From: a virus
Virus record (IMG/VR): IMGVR_UViG_3300020473_000015
Length of the DNA stretch: 64,000 nucleotides
Strand: one strand, 5' to 3'
The notes below the pieces were generated by a model. That model was not told the origin of the DNA, ran no database searches, and saw only the letters and a program-made list of their open reading frames with translations. The position numbers and the translations under genes are program-made. Positions 29,489 to 41,800 of this stretch are shown piece after piece (the first letter of the stretch is position 1; each line of letters starts with the position of its first letter).

Positions 29489-29495
29489 CTACTTA
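29489..29495 (+). promoter_or_regulatory. Candidate late-promoter motif CTACTTA
   Basis: Intergenic; starts 32 nt before ATG 29521, upstream of the GAGG SD. Confidence 0.5.
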
Positions 29496-29520
29496 TTTAT
29501 AAAGAGGATTTGTTAAAAAT

Positions 29521-31317
29521 ATGGCAACAAAAAAACCAGCAATAAATTATACAAATAGGGATTTTCAATCAATACGGGCTGATCTAGAATCTTATGTTAG
29601 GAGATATTATCCGGACAATTATAGGGATTTTACCGAAGCATCTTTCGGGGCAATGATGCTGGACACAGTTGCTTACGTTGGAGATATGTTGTCTTTTTAT
29701 ACCGATTACCAAGCAAATGAATCTTTTCTAGATACAGCAATTGAATATGACAATGTATTAAAATTAAGTCGCCAGATGGGTTATAGATATAGTCCTTATC
29801 CATCTTCTTTCGGCGTATGTGATTTTTATATCACAGTCCCTGTAGAAGCTGGCTCACAGTCTCCAGATGAAAATTATATGCCCATACTTCGAAAGGGTTC
29901 AACCTTTCTTTCATCCGGTGGTTCTGTTTTTTCACTCTTAGAAGATGTGAATTTCGCACTTAGTGAAAATCCAATAGTTGTGGCAAATCAAGATGTGGAT
30001 ACGGGCAATCCCTCTACATATGCCGTCCGCGCTGCAGGCCAAGTTGTTTCTGGGGAGTTGGCAGTACAAGAAGTACAGGTATCGTCATATACTCCATTTT
30101 TAAGAATAGGGCTCGTTGGCGAAAATATAAGTGAAGTAGTATCAGTATTTGATGATAAAGGAAATCAATATTTCGAGGTAGATTACTTAAGTCAAGATGT
30201 TTTATACGTTTCTGTTATAAATAGAAACTCTAATAATAGTACAGTACCTTATATTCTTAAACCTGTGTCTGTTTCCCGTCGCTTTAGAGTTGATTCAACG
30301 CCTGACGGCCTTTATTTACAGTTTGGCCAAGGAAGCGAAGAAACTCCTGTTGAAGTGAAAGATCCATCAGAAGTAATATTACAATTGCACGGTAAAGACC
30401 ACGTTTCAGACACTTCATTTGACCCTTCAATTTTAAATCAAACTGATAATTTAGGTGTAGCTCCGTCAAACACAACCTTGACGATCATTTATAGAATAAA
30501 CAGGGAAGAAAATGTAAATGCAGCTGCACAAACAATAACGAGAATTGGTACTGTAGACTTTTCCTTTCCAGCAGACCAGCAAGGCCAATTAAGTGAAACA
30601 AAGATTGACGACGTTACAACTAGTTTGGCTGTATTAAATGAAGATCCTATTATTGGCGATGTGGGTGTTATAAGCACTGATGAAATTAAAGAGCGCGCCC
30701 GAGCCAATTTTGCATCTCAATATAGAGCAGTTACCAAACAAGACTACATAGGCATTGCTTATAATATGCCGTCAAAATATGGGAAATTTAAAAGAGTCGC
30801 TTTGGAATTAGATTCAGACTCTTATAATCAGAGAAATTTAAATTATTATGTCATATCAGAGGACATTGATGGATTTTTAGCTACTTCAAACAACACTCTT
30901 AAAAACAATTTAAAAACGTGGATAAATCAATATAAGATGATAAATGATACGATTGATGTTTTGGATGCTAAGATATGTAATGTTGGCATAGAATATAAAA
31001 TTGTTCCATTTCCTGGTACAAACAAATATGATCTTCTTGTTGAGGCGAATACAACTTTAAGAGATGCCTTCACTAAAGATTTTTATATCGGGGAACCAAT
31101 AATAGTTACTGATATATACCAAATATTAAAATCGGTACCTAATTTGTTAGATGTTGTTGATGTTCAATTAACTGTAAAATCTGGTGCAAATTATGCCGAC
31201 TCTCCAATATCTATAGGAGACGCACTTTCTGCAGATGGAAGATTTTTATTCCCCCCTTCAGATACTATTTTTGAATTTAAGTATCCAGATTTAGATATTG
31301 GAGGCACGATACAGTAA
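29521..31317 (+). CDS. Baseplate wedge subunit (T4 gp6 / baseplate J-like)
   Basis: INYTNRDFQSIRADL..DFTEASFGAMMLDTVAYVGDMLSFYTDYQANESFLDTA..LSRQMGY; RAVTKQDY. Confidence 0.92.
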   Translation: MATKKPAINYTNRDFQSIRADLESYVRRYYPDNYRDFTEASFGAMMLDTVAYVGDMLSFYTDYQANESFLDTAIEYDNVLKLSRQMGYRYSPYPSSFGVCDFYITVPVEAGSQSPDENYMPILRKGSTFLSSGGSVFSLLEDVNFALSENPIVVANQDVDTGNPSTYAVRAAGQVVSGELAVQEVQVSSYTPFLRIGLVGENISEVVSVFDDKGNQYFEVDYLSQDVLYVSVINRNSNNSTVPYILKPVSVSRRFRVDSTPDGLYLQFGQGSEETPVEVKDPSEVILQLHGKDHVSDTSFDPSILNQTDNLGVAPSNTTLTIIYRINREENVNAAAQTITRIGTVDFSFPADQQGQLSETKIDDVTTSLAVLNEDPIIGDVGVISTDEIKERARANFASQYRAVTKQDYIGIAYNMPSKYGKFKRVALELDSDSYNQRNLNYYVISEDIDGFLATSNNTLKNNLKTWINQYKMINDTIDVLDAKICNVGIEYKIVPFPGTNKYDLLVEANTTLRDAFTKDFYIGEPIIVTDIYQILKSVPNLLDVVDVQLTVKSGANYADSPISIGDALSADGRFLFPPSDTIFEFKYPDLDIGGTIQ

Positions 31318-32810
31318 TGGCGATTAAAAGATACTTTGCAGACGCAGACAATACAATAACCAACGCATATAAAGCCAATTTAACCGAACGTGGTGTTAGT
31401 GGAAATATGGGGCAATCTGATATTTTGGAAACTTTTTCCATTTATGCTCAAGCATCAACAGCATCATCTGAATTCTCAAGAATATTAATTAAGTTTCCAG
31501 CAACTGGGTCAACGTCTGAATATATGTCATATGATAGAGAGCAGGGAAACATTCCTGCTTCTGGAAGTGTTTCATTTTATTTAAGAATGTTTAATGCTAG
31601 ACACTCTCAAACAACTCCTAAGAATTTCGACTTAATTGTTTCTGCTGTGTCACAATCATGGTCTGAAGGTGATGGCCTAGACATGGAAAACTATTCAGAC
31701 GAGGATGAATCTAACTGGATATCAGCAGTTGCATCTAGTAGTGCAGGAGCAGGCACCTGGACTACGGAAGGTGGAGATTATTTAACAGACTCTTCTTCAT
31801 CCTTTACAGCATCTTTCGACAAAGGTTTTGAAGATATGGAATTAGACATCACTCCTCTAGTTGAACAATGGATTAATAGTTCTGGAAATGTTCTGGGTTC
31901 AAAGTCAAATTATGGCGTCGGGGTGAAACTATCTTCCGCAGAAGAAGATGCAACTACTTCATATTATACTAAAAAATTCTTTGCAAGGGGATCTCAATAC
32001 TTCTTTAAAAGGCCATATATTGAAGCACGGTGGGACTCATCCAAAAAAGACGATAGAGGAAACTTTTATTACAGTAGCTCATTAGCTCCTGCTGCCGATA
32101 ATTTGAACACTCTTTATCTCTATAATAATGTTAGAGGTCAATTAAAAAATATTCCTGCAATTGGAACTGGCAGTATTTTAGTGAGTTTATATTCTGGATC
32201 TGCTGACAACACTGAGCCTTATGGATCAAAATTGGTATTATCTGGAGACGCCACCAATGCTACGGGAAGTTATAATTCTACTGGAATATATGAATGTTCT
32301 TTAGCATTTACTGGATCCACCTCTTTAACCAAAGTTTTTGATGTGTGGCACAGCGGCGGCGTTGAATATTTTACCGGCACTATTGAGCCAAAAAGCTTAA
32401 CTCAATATTGGCCCGGAGAATCTACAAACCCAAATAAACAATTTGTTAGTCATATATCTAATTTAAAGCCAGTTTATTCTGTACAAAATACGAATGCTAG
32501 ATTTAGGCTTTATACTAGAAAAAAAGATTGGAGCCCAACTATTTACACAGTGTCCTCAAATGAGGCACAGGTAGATTTAGTGGAGGATGTTTACTATAAA
32601 GTCTATCGAGTACATGATGACCTAGATGTAATCACTTATGGTACGGGAAGCGATAATCACACTAGAGTTTCATTTGATGCCAATGGAAGTTATTTTGACT
32701 TAGATATGTCTTTATTAGAAGCAGATAACGTATATGCAATACAGTTTGTATATTATTTAAACTCCCAATATGTTGAGCAGTCTGAAGAATTTAAGTTTAG
32801 GGTAGAATAG
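31317..32810 (+). CDS. Virion protein with DNRLRE-like beta-sandwich domain
   Basis: SRILIKF, WSEGDG, WTTEGGDY, LDITPLVEQW, NYGVGVKL, KRPYIEARW pattern. Confidence 0.6.
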   Translation: MAIKRYFADADNTITNAYKANLTERGVSGNMGQSDILETFSIYAQASTASSEFSRILIKFPATGSTSEYMSYDREQGNIPASGSVSFYLRMFNARHSQTTPKNFDLIVSAVSQSWSEGDGLDMENYSDEDESNWISAVASSSAGAGTWTTEGGDYLTDSSSSFTASFDKGFEDMELDITPLVEQWINSSGNVLGSKSNYGVGVKLSSAEEDATTSYYTKKFFARGSQYFFKRPYIEARWDSSKKDDRGNFYYSSSLAPAADNLNTLYLYNNVRGQLKNIPAIGTGSILVSLYSGSADNTEPYGSKLVLSGDATNATGSYNSTGIYECSLAFTGSTSLTKVFDVWHSGGVEYFTGTIEPKSLTQYWPGESTNPNKQFVSHISNLKPVYSVQNTNARFRLYTRKKDWSPTIYTVSSNEAQVDLVEDVYYKVYRVHDDLDVITYGTGSDNHTRVSFDANGSYFDLDMSLLEADNVYAIQFVYYLNSQYVEQSEEFKFRVE

Positions 32811-32811
32811 T

Positions 32812-35800
32812 ATGCCTATAGATTATAAAAAACTTTACCAAAGTCATGACATAATTTTAACAAATGCAAATCCGGATAATTTAGTCGAAAATGGCACTTT
32901 AGAGTCAGTTGATTATTTAAGAAATTATTTTAAAAGCAGAGAGCGTTATAAGCCCCCTGTAGACTTTTCCAAGCTTAAGAATTTTGCAAGATTTGGCTCT
33001 GCAAAGAAATATTATGTTGACGCTTTTGATAGAATTGCAGAAACTTATCCCTATGACGGATCCCTAAAAGAGAGAATAGATTGGGAATTAAGTTCTTCAT
33101 ATTTTGATCTATATGTTTTTGATCAAGTATATCCTAGAAGCAATGGATATGTCACCATTTCGGCTGAAGGTTGGGGAACTCAAGCTGCATCTTCAGATCA
33201 CTATGGCGCCACCGCAACCTCTTCATATGAATATATTTTTATAAAAGGTGGGCCTCACGGATCACAAAGATCAAAAGATAAAGATATCACTGATATAACT
33301 GGCGATTATAAGAGTGGCTATGCCAACATTTGGGAGCCTGCAAAAAACAGAGAATCGAATTTAAAAATTGGTGGCATCGACGGAAATACAGTAGAATTCT
33401 GGATGAAAAAATCAGAGTTTGTTACTTCTAAAACCGGACGAGAAGTTATATTTGATGCCGCTACTTCTGATTATGATTATACTAGTTCAAACTACGGACG
33501 ACTGAGAGTTGAATTAACCGGTACAACTTCGGATTGCCCCATTGCCGTTACGTGGTTATCGGGTACCACCGGACCTAACCTTAGTGGTTTCCAAGGATCC
33601 ACCGTAACAACAAGTTCTATTGCTGATGGTAATTGGCACCATTATGCGATTACGCTTGAAAACAGCGGCACTTCAGCTGTTATGAAATTATATTTCGATG
33701 GTGTTTGCAACGGCGAACGCACACTTCCCAATTCTGCAATTGGTGACGTTAATGGTAATATTAATGCCACGATTGGCTCTTTGATTACTAACCCTTCCGG
33801 GACTACACAGCCAACAAAAGGTTGGGGTAAATTATCGGGATCATTAGACGAATTTAGATTTTGGAAGGACACAAGAACCTCTCCAGAAGTCTTAAGATAT
33901 ATGATTGAGCCGGTCGGAGGTGGTACAAACACTGATGACGCAAATACTTCTTTAGGAGTATATTATAAATTTAATGAGGGTATAACCTCAGTGAACTCAA
34001 CAGACCAAACTGTTTTAGATTATTCTGGAAGAATTAGTAATGGTACATTTGTTGGATACAATTCTTCAGCAAGAAATGTTGGTTCTGCGATGGTCAGTTC
34101 TGGGTTGGTAGATACAGAATTTAAAGATCCTATTTTATATACTACTCATCCAGATGTAGAGTCGATCTTAGAAACAAAAAAGAAAGAGGGAGAAATTCAT
34201 GACTTTGGTAATAATGCAGCCATATATCATTCGTTACCTGCGTGGATTACCGAAGAAGACGAAGATAAACAATATTCACCTCTCAAAAATTTAACTCAAA
34301 TTGTAGGCTCTTATTTTGATTCATTAGCTGAACAAATTAATTCTATACCACAACTTAAGCACAAAACATATTTAAGTTCAAGCCACAAACCTGCACCATT
34401 TAACGACAGACTTTTAAATTCAATAGGGTTTGATTATTTTCCAGAACTTTTTTCTGACGCAACTGAATTAGAATATTTTAGAAGTAGAAACGATAGATCT
34501 CTATTTGAGAAAAAACTATATGATGTTAAAAACAGAATTTATCAAAACATTTATAACAACATCATTTATATTAACAAAACGAAAGGTACAGAAAAATCTT
34601 TTAGAAACTTAATCCATTGTTTTGGCTTGGGCGATGAAATATATCGTATCAATACATATGGTAATCGCGTCACATATACTCTCAAGGACAATTATAAGTC
34701 CATAGCTGAGTTTAAAAAATATGTAAACTTTGGTTTAACAGGAAGCTCAGAAGCTACAGTTTTCCCACACTCTGCGAGTTCAAATTCTAACTCTAAAGCA
34801 ATTATATCCGCTTCATATGGCACAACTGATTATTTAGGCTTTACGATGGAGTCTGAAGTTCATTTCCCAATTAGGCATTCATTAGCCGACTCAAACACCG
34901 TTGCAACGACAGACGAGGGCCCAAGTCGACAATTTAGAACTTATATACCATTTACTACTGCTTCTCTGTTTGGTATGCATCAAGTCGGTGATTCTGCCAC
35001 TGGAAACAATTTAACTTGGGCTTCAACCGATCAGGCAAACTTTCAAGTTTTTGCTGTAAAAGCTAGCGATTATTCACAGCGCGCCCAATTCGTTTTAACT
35101 GGAACTAGTGATTCTGTTATCGGCGCCCTTAATTTAACAAGTAGTTATATTGATGATGTATTCGATGATACTCGTTGGACATTTTCTGTTTCAGTTAAGC
35201 CAAACTCAAATACCACTGCGGATTTGGCTGTTGGGTCTTCTGCATCTTTTGCCACGATGGGTTACACAGTAGAATTTTATGGCGTAGAAAAAATAGTAGA
35301 TTATGTTAAAAATGAATTTCATGTATCTGGAACTATCACCGCTGATCAAGGAAGTAAATTTTTAAATTATCCGAAAGCTCCATATATTGGAGCCCACAGA
35401 ACAAACTTTTCTGGTACGCTATTAAAAAAAGCTGATGGAAATATTTCATCAACTAGAGTTTGGTATAGTCATTTACCGACTGGCACCATAAAACAACATC
35501 ATCAAGATGTAAAGAACTTTGGTGTCGATCACCCATATAGAAGTACATATTTATATCCAACTCAACTAGATGGTATAAAAATACCTACAATTGATACACT
35601 AGTTCTAAATTGGACTTTTGATACTGTTACTGGCTCTGACTCTAGCGGAGAATTTATTGGCGAAGACTATTCTTCCGGCTCTGCAGAAAAAGTGTCTAAA
35701 TACGGCGAGTTTGGAGAACTAGTTGGCAAACAATATTTACCGAAAGGATTTAATTTTCCAGCGAGTTCGGCTCTTCCAATAAATAAGAAATTTATTAGCT

Positions 35801-38800
35801 CTGGTAAAAAGCAATTACCAGAAATGATAAATAGCTCAGATATGGTCAATATATTAACAGACGACGACAGGTTCTTTAATAAAGTTGACTTATTGAGGCC
35901 CACAAATTATTACACTTCAATTGAAAAGAGTATGTATCAAACTATCTCTGATGAGATGGTGAAGATGTTCTCATCTATTAAAGATTTCAATAATCTTGTC
36001 GGAGAACCTGTTAATAAATATCGCCATGAATATAAAGATATGGAAAAGCTTCGCCAATTGTTTTATGAAAGAGTTGGTAATACTCCAGATTTAGATAAAT
36101 ATGTTGATTTTTACAAGTGGGTTGACATAACATTAGATACACTTTTGGGTTATTTAGTGCCAGCATCTTCTGATATGGGAGATAGATATGGTTCAAATAT
36201 TCGTACAATGGTGGAAAACACAGTACTTCACAGAAATAAATATAAGTGGCAATATCCAACTTTTGAAGACAAAACACCAGATATTGAAGGAAATATTCTT
36301 GGAATCAACGAGCTTCTTTATAATTGGGAATTTGGCTTTCATCCATTAAATTCTGAGGACAATAAATGTTTGTGGTGGAAAGAGCGCGCCGAACGAGGCG
36401 ATGCCCTAACTAGTGGTGACACAAATGTCGACAGCAACAAGCAAACAATGCTCGATTCTATTATCAATGAAACAAATGCGACTGCTCCAACGTTGGGCTC
36501 TAGAGACACCTCTACAGGCGCAATTAGCACTTATCAAGGCTCTACATACGTTACTAGAAGATTAGCAAAGCCGCTAAGATTAAAAGTAGACGAATCACCA
36601 GTATATAAACAAAGCCCAAGTATGTATTCGAATAAGAATCCTGGCTTTTTTGATGCTATTAATAAGTTTAAAGAAGGGGATGAATACGGAATTGTACAAG
36701 TAAACAGCGAAGACGTGGAGAGCTTCAAGGATTGTAATGACGACCTTGCACTAAACAATGGAAAGAGAAAATACACATTTGCAGCAAAAAGTAAAATTGG
36801 TGGTGGTACGTTCTCAGATAGTGACAACTACAAGGGCCAAAAAATATTACCATTTAATTTATATAGTGGATCATTTACTGGTGGTGTGAAAGACACAATA
36901 AGTGATGGCTTTATGGAAGGTGCAGATATTACGAATCTCCATATGGACATATATGGCCCAGATTATGAAGTGCCAGTACAGGGCGCATTTACAGAGAAAT
37001 TTGTTGGTGGGCGCCCCCATAGGCACATATTCAGTAATCTTAGGCCCAACAATTCATCACCAGATGGAATTGATGATCGACCAGAAGGTTGGAAATTGAT
37101 TTTATCTTCCAGTATTTTAAAACTTGTAAATTCTGATTCTGGTAGCGCTAACACTCCGAAATCTCCATATTTTAGAGAAGAATATGCAAAACGCCCTGTA
37201 AATATTAAAAATATTAAGATGACAACCGGCTCATCAGCTGATGTTGCAGGTCGACCCGATATTGTTTTAAACACAACCAATATAGGAAATTATACGGACA
37301 ATTATGAAGTTGTTATGACCAATGGCCGATCTATAAACAATAGATATCTTGCAGAAGCTCCGGATGGTCTTCCAACAACATATACTGATTCTACTGCAGT
37401 TTCTGGTGTTGTTGACTTCGCTATGCCACGAAGAGATTTAACAGGAAGTTCAAAGTCGATTATAGTTAACCGTTTTTCTGCCCCTGGAGATCCTGCAACA
37501 ATGGGTCAAGGAATGCTTGATCCCGCCGCAGGTGAATACAGTGTATATAATTCCTTGATATGGAGAAACCTAAGTGTGAGAATGCCACTAGATGAGTGGT
37601 ATACCAATCATGCAAATCAATTTGGCTTTTATAGTGACACACAAGTGTCTTCAGCATATGTTCTGGCTGGCGAAACTTATCCTGGTGGAAATAGTACAGT
37701 TTCTTCTGCTGACTATAGCGGAACAGGGTCATTTCACAAAGTTAATAGAAATCCGAAAAAAGTAAAGAAATATTCTTCTGCCACTAGTACAAGCAGTTTC
37801 GCTGATGATACTGTTTATGATAACTGGTTTGTACAACATCCAATCCCAAGAACAGACTTGCAGTATGCATGGATCACCGCGAGCGTTATTAACGGCTATA
37901 GTGGCGCCGCCCTATATGATTATGAGCAACCAGACTTTAGCAATGCAAGCCTAGCTTCTACAGACATTACATTTTGTAGCGCAAGTGATGTAGTTTCTAT
38001 TGCTGAAACTGGCTCCAGCATATATCGTTATTTTGGTCAAGATAAGAATTCTAATTTTCCACTATCTGATCAGTCTCCATATACGGGCACTATATTTACT
38101 GATTTTGTCGGCTTAAATACCATTGTGTATGAGCCCATCACGTCATCTGAAAATAACCTAGGTTGGCCTCATAATAGTTGGGATGGTGCCAACTCAACTT
38201 ACATAAACCCAAACACTCCCAAGTCTGCAAGCTCCGGCCTAGGTCAGTATGTTCCAAGGGCTGCGAGCAATGCCGCAGTTTTAAACAGCATTATCCTAAA
38301 TCGTCAAGGCCCTTACGGCTGGCCATCATGGAAACAAATTAGAGGCGCTCAACATCCTGTAATGCGCTATAATTACAAAAATAATTTACAAACGTTTAAG
38401 AAATTAGGAACTATTGTTGAGAACAATGGCGCTATAGCAGCATCTTGGACAACTATATCTCAAAGTGAGCCGCCAATCACTTCGAAGTTCTGGCCACTTA
38501 AATATAATTTTGATTACAAGACTTCGCTGGGTAATGTCGGCACAACTAATATGTGGACTTCATATGGCAATGAAAAATCATATTTCACCTCACCACCAGA
38601 TCCGAACATTACAGGCCTCACTAATTTGAATAATTCGAATTTAGTATGGTCGAAAGCTGGCCAAGTTGGAGAAACTTTGCAAGATGCTGATAATCAAATA
38701 TTGGCATATGATACCATGAAAAAATATTTATTGTGGAACACTCCAGAATATATCAATGGAAGTGCAAACCCGATAGAAACATTTCACAAATTAGAGATAG

Positions 38801-41800
38801 TCGAAACGGTTTTCCCAAGAGAGCACTACACTTATAGAGCGATTGTGCGACAACGTGAAAACTTTTCTAATAATTTCTGGAGAGATTCACGTTCAGAAAG
38901 AAATACGACTACAATCAACTCTCAGGGTTTCGAAGCAACAGCTTCAGGCAAGGATCCAGCTAGCATGTGGAGCTTAGATAGTCGAGCAGATCTTAGCAGT
39001 ACTAGTGCTGTTCCTGTAGGCTCGGGATCAGAAGGAGAGCTTCAGAATTCTTATAGTATTTTTTATAGCGGAAGCGATAAAAGCACTGTTCGAGCCGCTG
39101 CCACATATAACAGAAGAATACAAGAAAAAATAGATGGAGTTACATACTTTCTGGGCGACACACAATGGGAGGCTGGCGAACAGTCTGGTTATAACCCTTC
39201 TTATGACACTTATTCAGAATTTGTTCAAGATGTTCGAACCTTGGGTAAAGATTATGGTATAGTTCCGGAATATAGATTGAGCGAGCACATGGAATACCAT
39301 GTTGTTGACAAGGCTTCTGATGGCGGCTTTTTTGCAAAAAATCCAAGCTGGCTGTCTCTTGCTGGCGCGACAATTTCAAGCAGTAATGATCCGGATCATG
39401 ACAATATATATGGAGAGGGCTCATTTTATACGGTATATGCGAACAGTGATTTCATGAAATATTTTGAGCCAATTAACACAGACTTTAATGCTGTTGGTAT
39501 GCCAACCCGACTTAAGCTTAAATGCAGTGCAATTACTAAATTTCTTCCATATGATGGGTTTTACCCTTCAGAGAGAACGGTGCAATTGGCAGAAATATTT
39601 AGTCAATCTTTTGGCCCAAATGCGACATTAATGGGAACAGACGCAAACTGGAAAACTCTTCTTACTCCATTTTTTGCTCCTGGTATAATGTACAATTCAA
39701 TCAAATCTGGTATAGCTGTTGATTATCCAGTTTTTGATGAACCCCCGTCTAGCGTTTCTAGGGTAATTTTATCTGATTTTGATAAGCGTATTCCATTTGA
39801 GGCGATAGTTGATCCTGATTATTGGTTGTCTGGTTTAGGAACAATACACGATACAGAGCCCGATTCGAACCATGGTGCAATAGTTAGTAGTGGAAGTTTC
39901 GGAGCTTCCTCAAATAACCTTTTTAAATATGCGATTAACAACTTCATGGCTGAAGCGCCCCGCTTTTTCTTAGGCGGTACGGACGGTTATAATGGTAATC
40001 CATATGGACCACTAACCACTTTTGCTTCAAAGCCGACACAAGAAGGAACGGTCGAAGGGGTCGAAATGGATCCTCTAGGCGGCAAAGCAGAAGGAAATTT
40101 CATTTACTTCGAAGCAAATAAGTCTTATAAAATGAGGATAGTTTGCAGACATTCAAAAATAAACACTTTAGAGGCCATTAATAAAAATCCTGACTATCTA
40201 GACGGCACTGCTTCATATATATGGAACGAGCCAACTATTATGATGTATAACAGAGCGTTTAACCGCTCAGATACATCAGAATATGCGGATTTATACTATG
40301 ATCTTAATAGTGGAGATCCTGAATCAGCAATTGGCATGCACCACGCACCTATTTATGGGTCGTCTTTTGGTCCACCGGTTTCGCAAGTCACCAGCTCTAC
40401 TGATGGAAGTCAGACGGCTGGAGGATTTGAACCATATACTCCACCATATTATAATGGTTATAGCCATATAGAAATAACATATACACCAGAATATGCAGGC
40501 TACAAAACAATATCTGACGTCTTATCAGATGTTTCAGCCTCATACCACAGGGTGACTTTGCAAAGTGGTTCTAACGCTTCAAGGGCCCGTGACCAAGCAA
40601 TGCACCTCTCTTCATCAGTTAATTGGAGACAAGTAGTAACAGAAGGGGGCAAAACTAGGTGGGTTATTCAACCAAAATGGGAGTCTCCAATATTGGACTT
40701 TAAAGAAAGTTCAATTACATTGCCAACAGTTGGTTCTGGTTCTGTAGCTAAGGGGATGTGGCATCAATACGGCTCATTGCCTCGTGCTGGCGCAGGAGTG
40801 TTTCTTGAAATACAATCACCTTCAAACACCGAAATTGGAGATAGCGTTGGAGATCTCGCTGATAAACTAGGTTTCAGCACAAATACGTCGAAACAATTAG
40901 GCCAAATTCCATCTAGTGGAAAAACTGTGAAGGAAGCAGTTGTTGCTATTCCATTTTATAAAAATTTCTGGGGCCAGAGAACGTTCTTTCATTTGAATAG
41001 AAAAACCATTAACTGGGCAATTGCAAAAATGGGCGGTGGTTATACAACAGATGAAGACTACATGTCAGCGAATAGTTTAAATGATTATGATTGGGTGTAT
41101 AAACCATCCGGAACGGTTGTTGATATGGTCAAATCAATGTATAAATATTCTCTTCCTCCAAGCATTAATTTCTTGTTGCAGAAAGATAAGGCGCCATTTT
41201 CCATGGTCTTCTTTGAGTTTGATCACCATTTCACACAAGATGATCTGGTAAAAATGTGGCAGGGTATATTACCATCAGAAGATAGAAAAGATGCTGCTAG
41301 TGGCGTGCAGCACGCAGTTTCTGAAATTGAATTTGATATGAACTTATTATCCGGTCGCGAAGCTCTATATAGTGAGAACCCCGATCCAAGTACTTATAAG
41401 GGGTGGGACTTATTAAATGCCGTACCTGGAAATAAAACTGGAGATTTAGGATTTCCAACAGACATTCAATGGATGGTTTTTAAAGTTAAACAAAAAGCGG
41501 CATCGCACTACTATAGCTTAACTGCAGATAGAATGGATGATTATGGAAGCCCAACATTGAATTATTTATTAGACCCAACTCCTTTGTCATTCCTTCCACA
41601 ATTTAAGTTTTGGGAAACTGGCGCCATGAGTTTATTGTCTACAGTTGAAAAAGCAGAAAATATTTATCGATATAATTGGCCTTACGATTTCTTCTCTCTA
41701 GTTGAGTTGGCAAAAATTGATAAAACAATTGTTATGGAACAAAGAAAAGAAATTCCTGACACTTTCCCAAATATAGGAAGTTTAGTTGATCTACTTCCAG

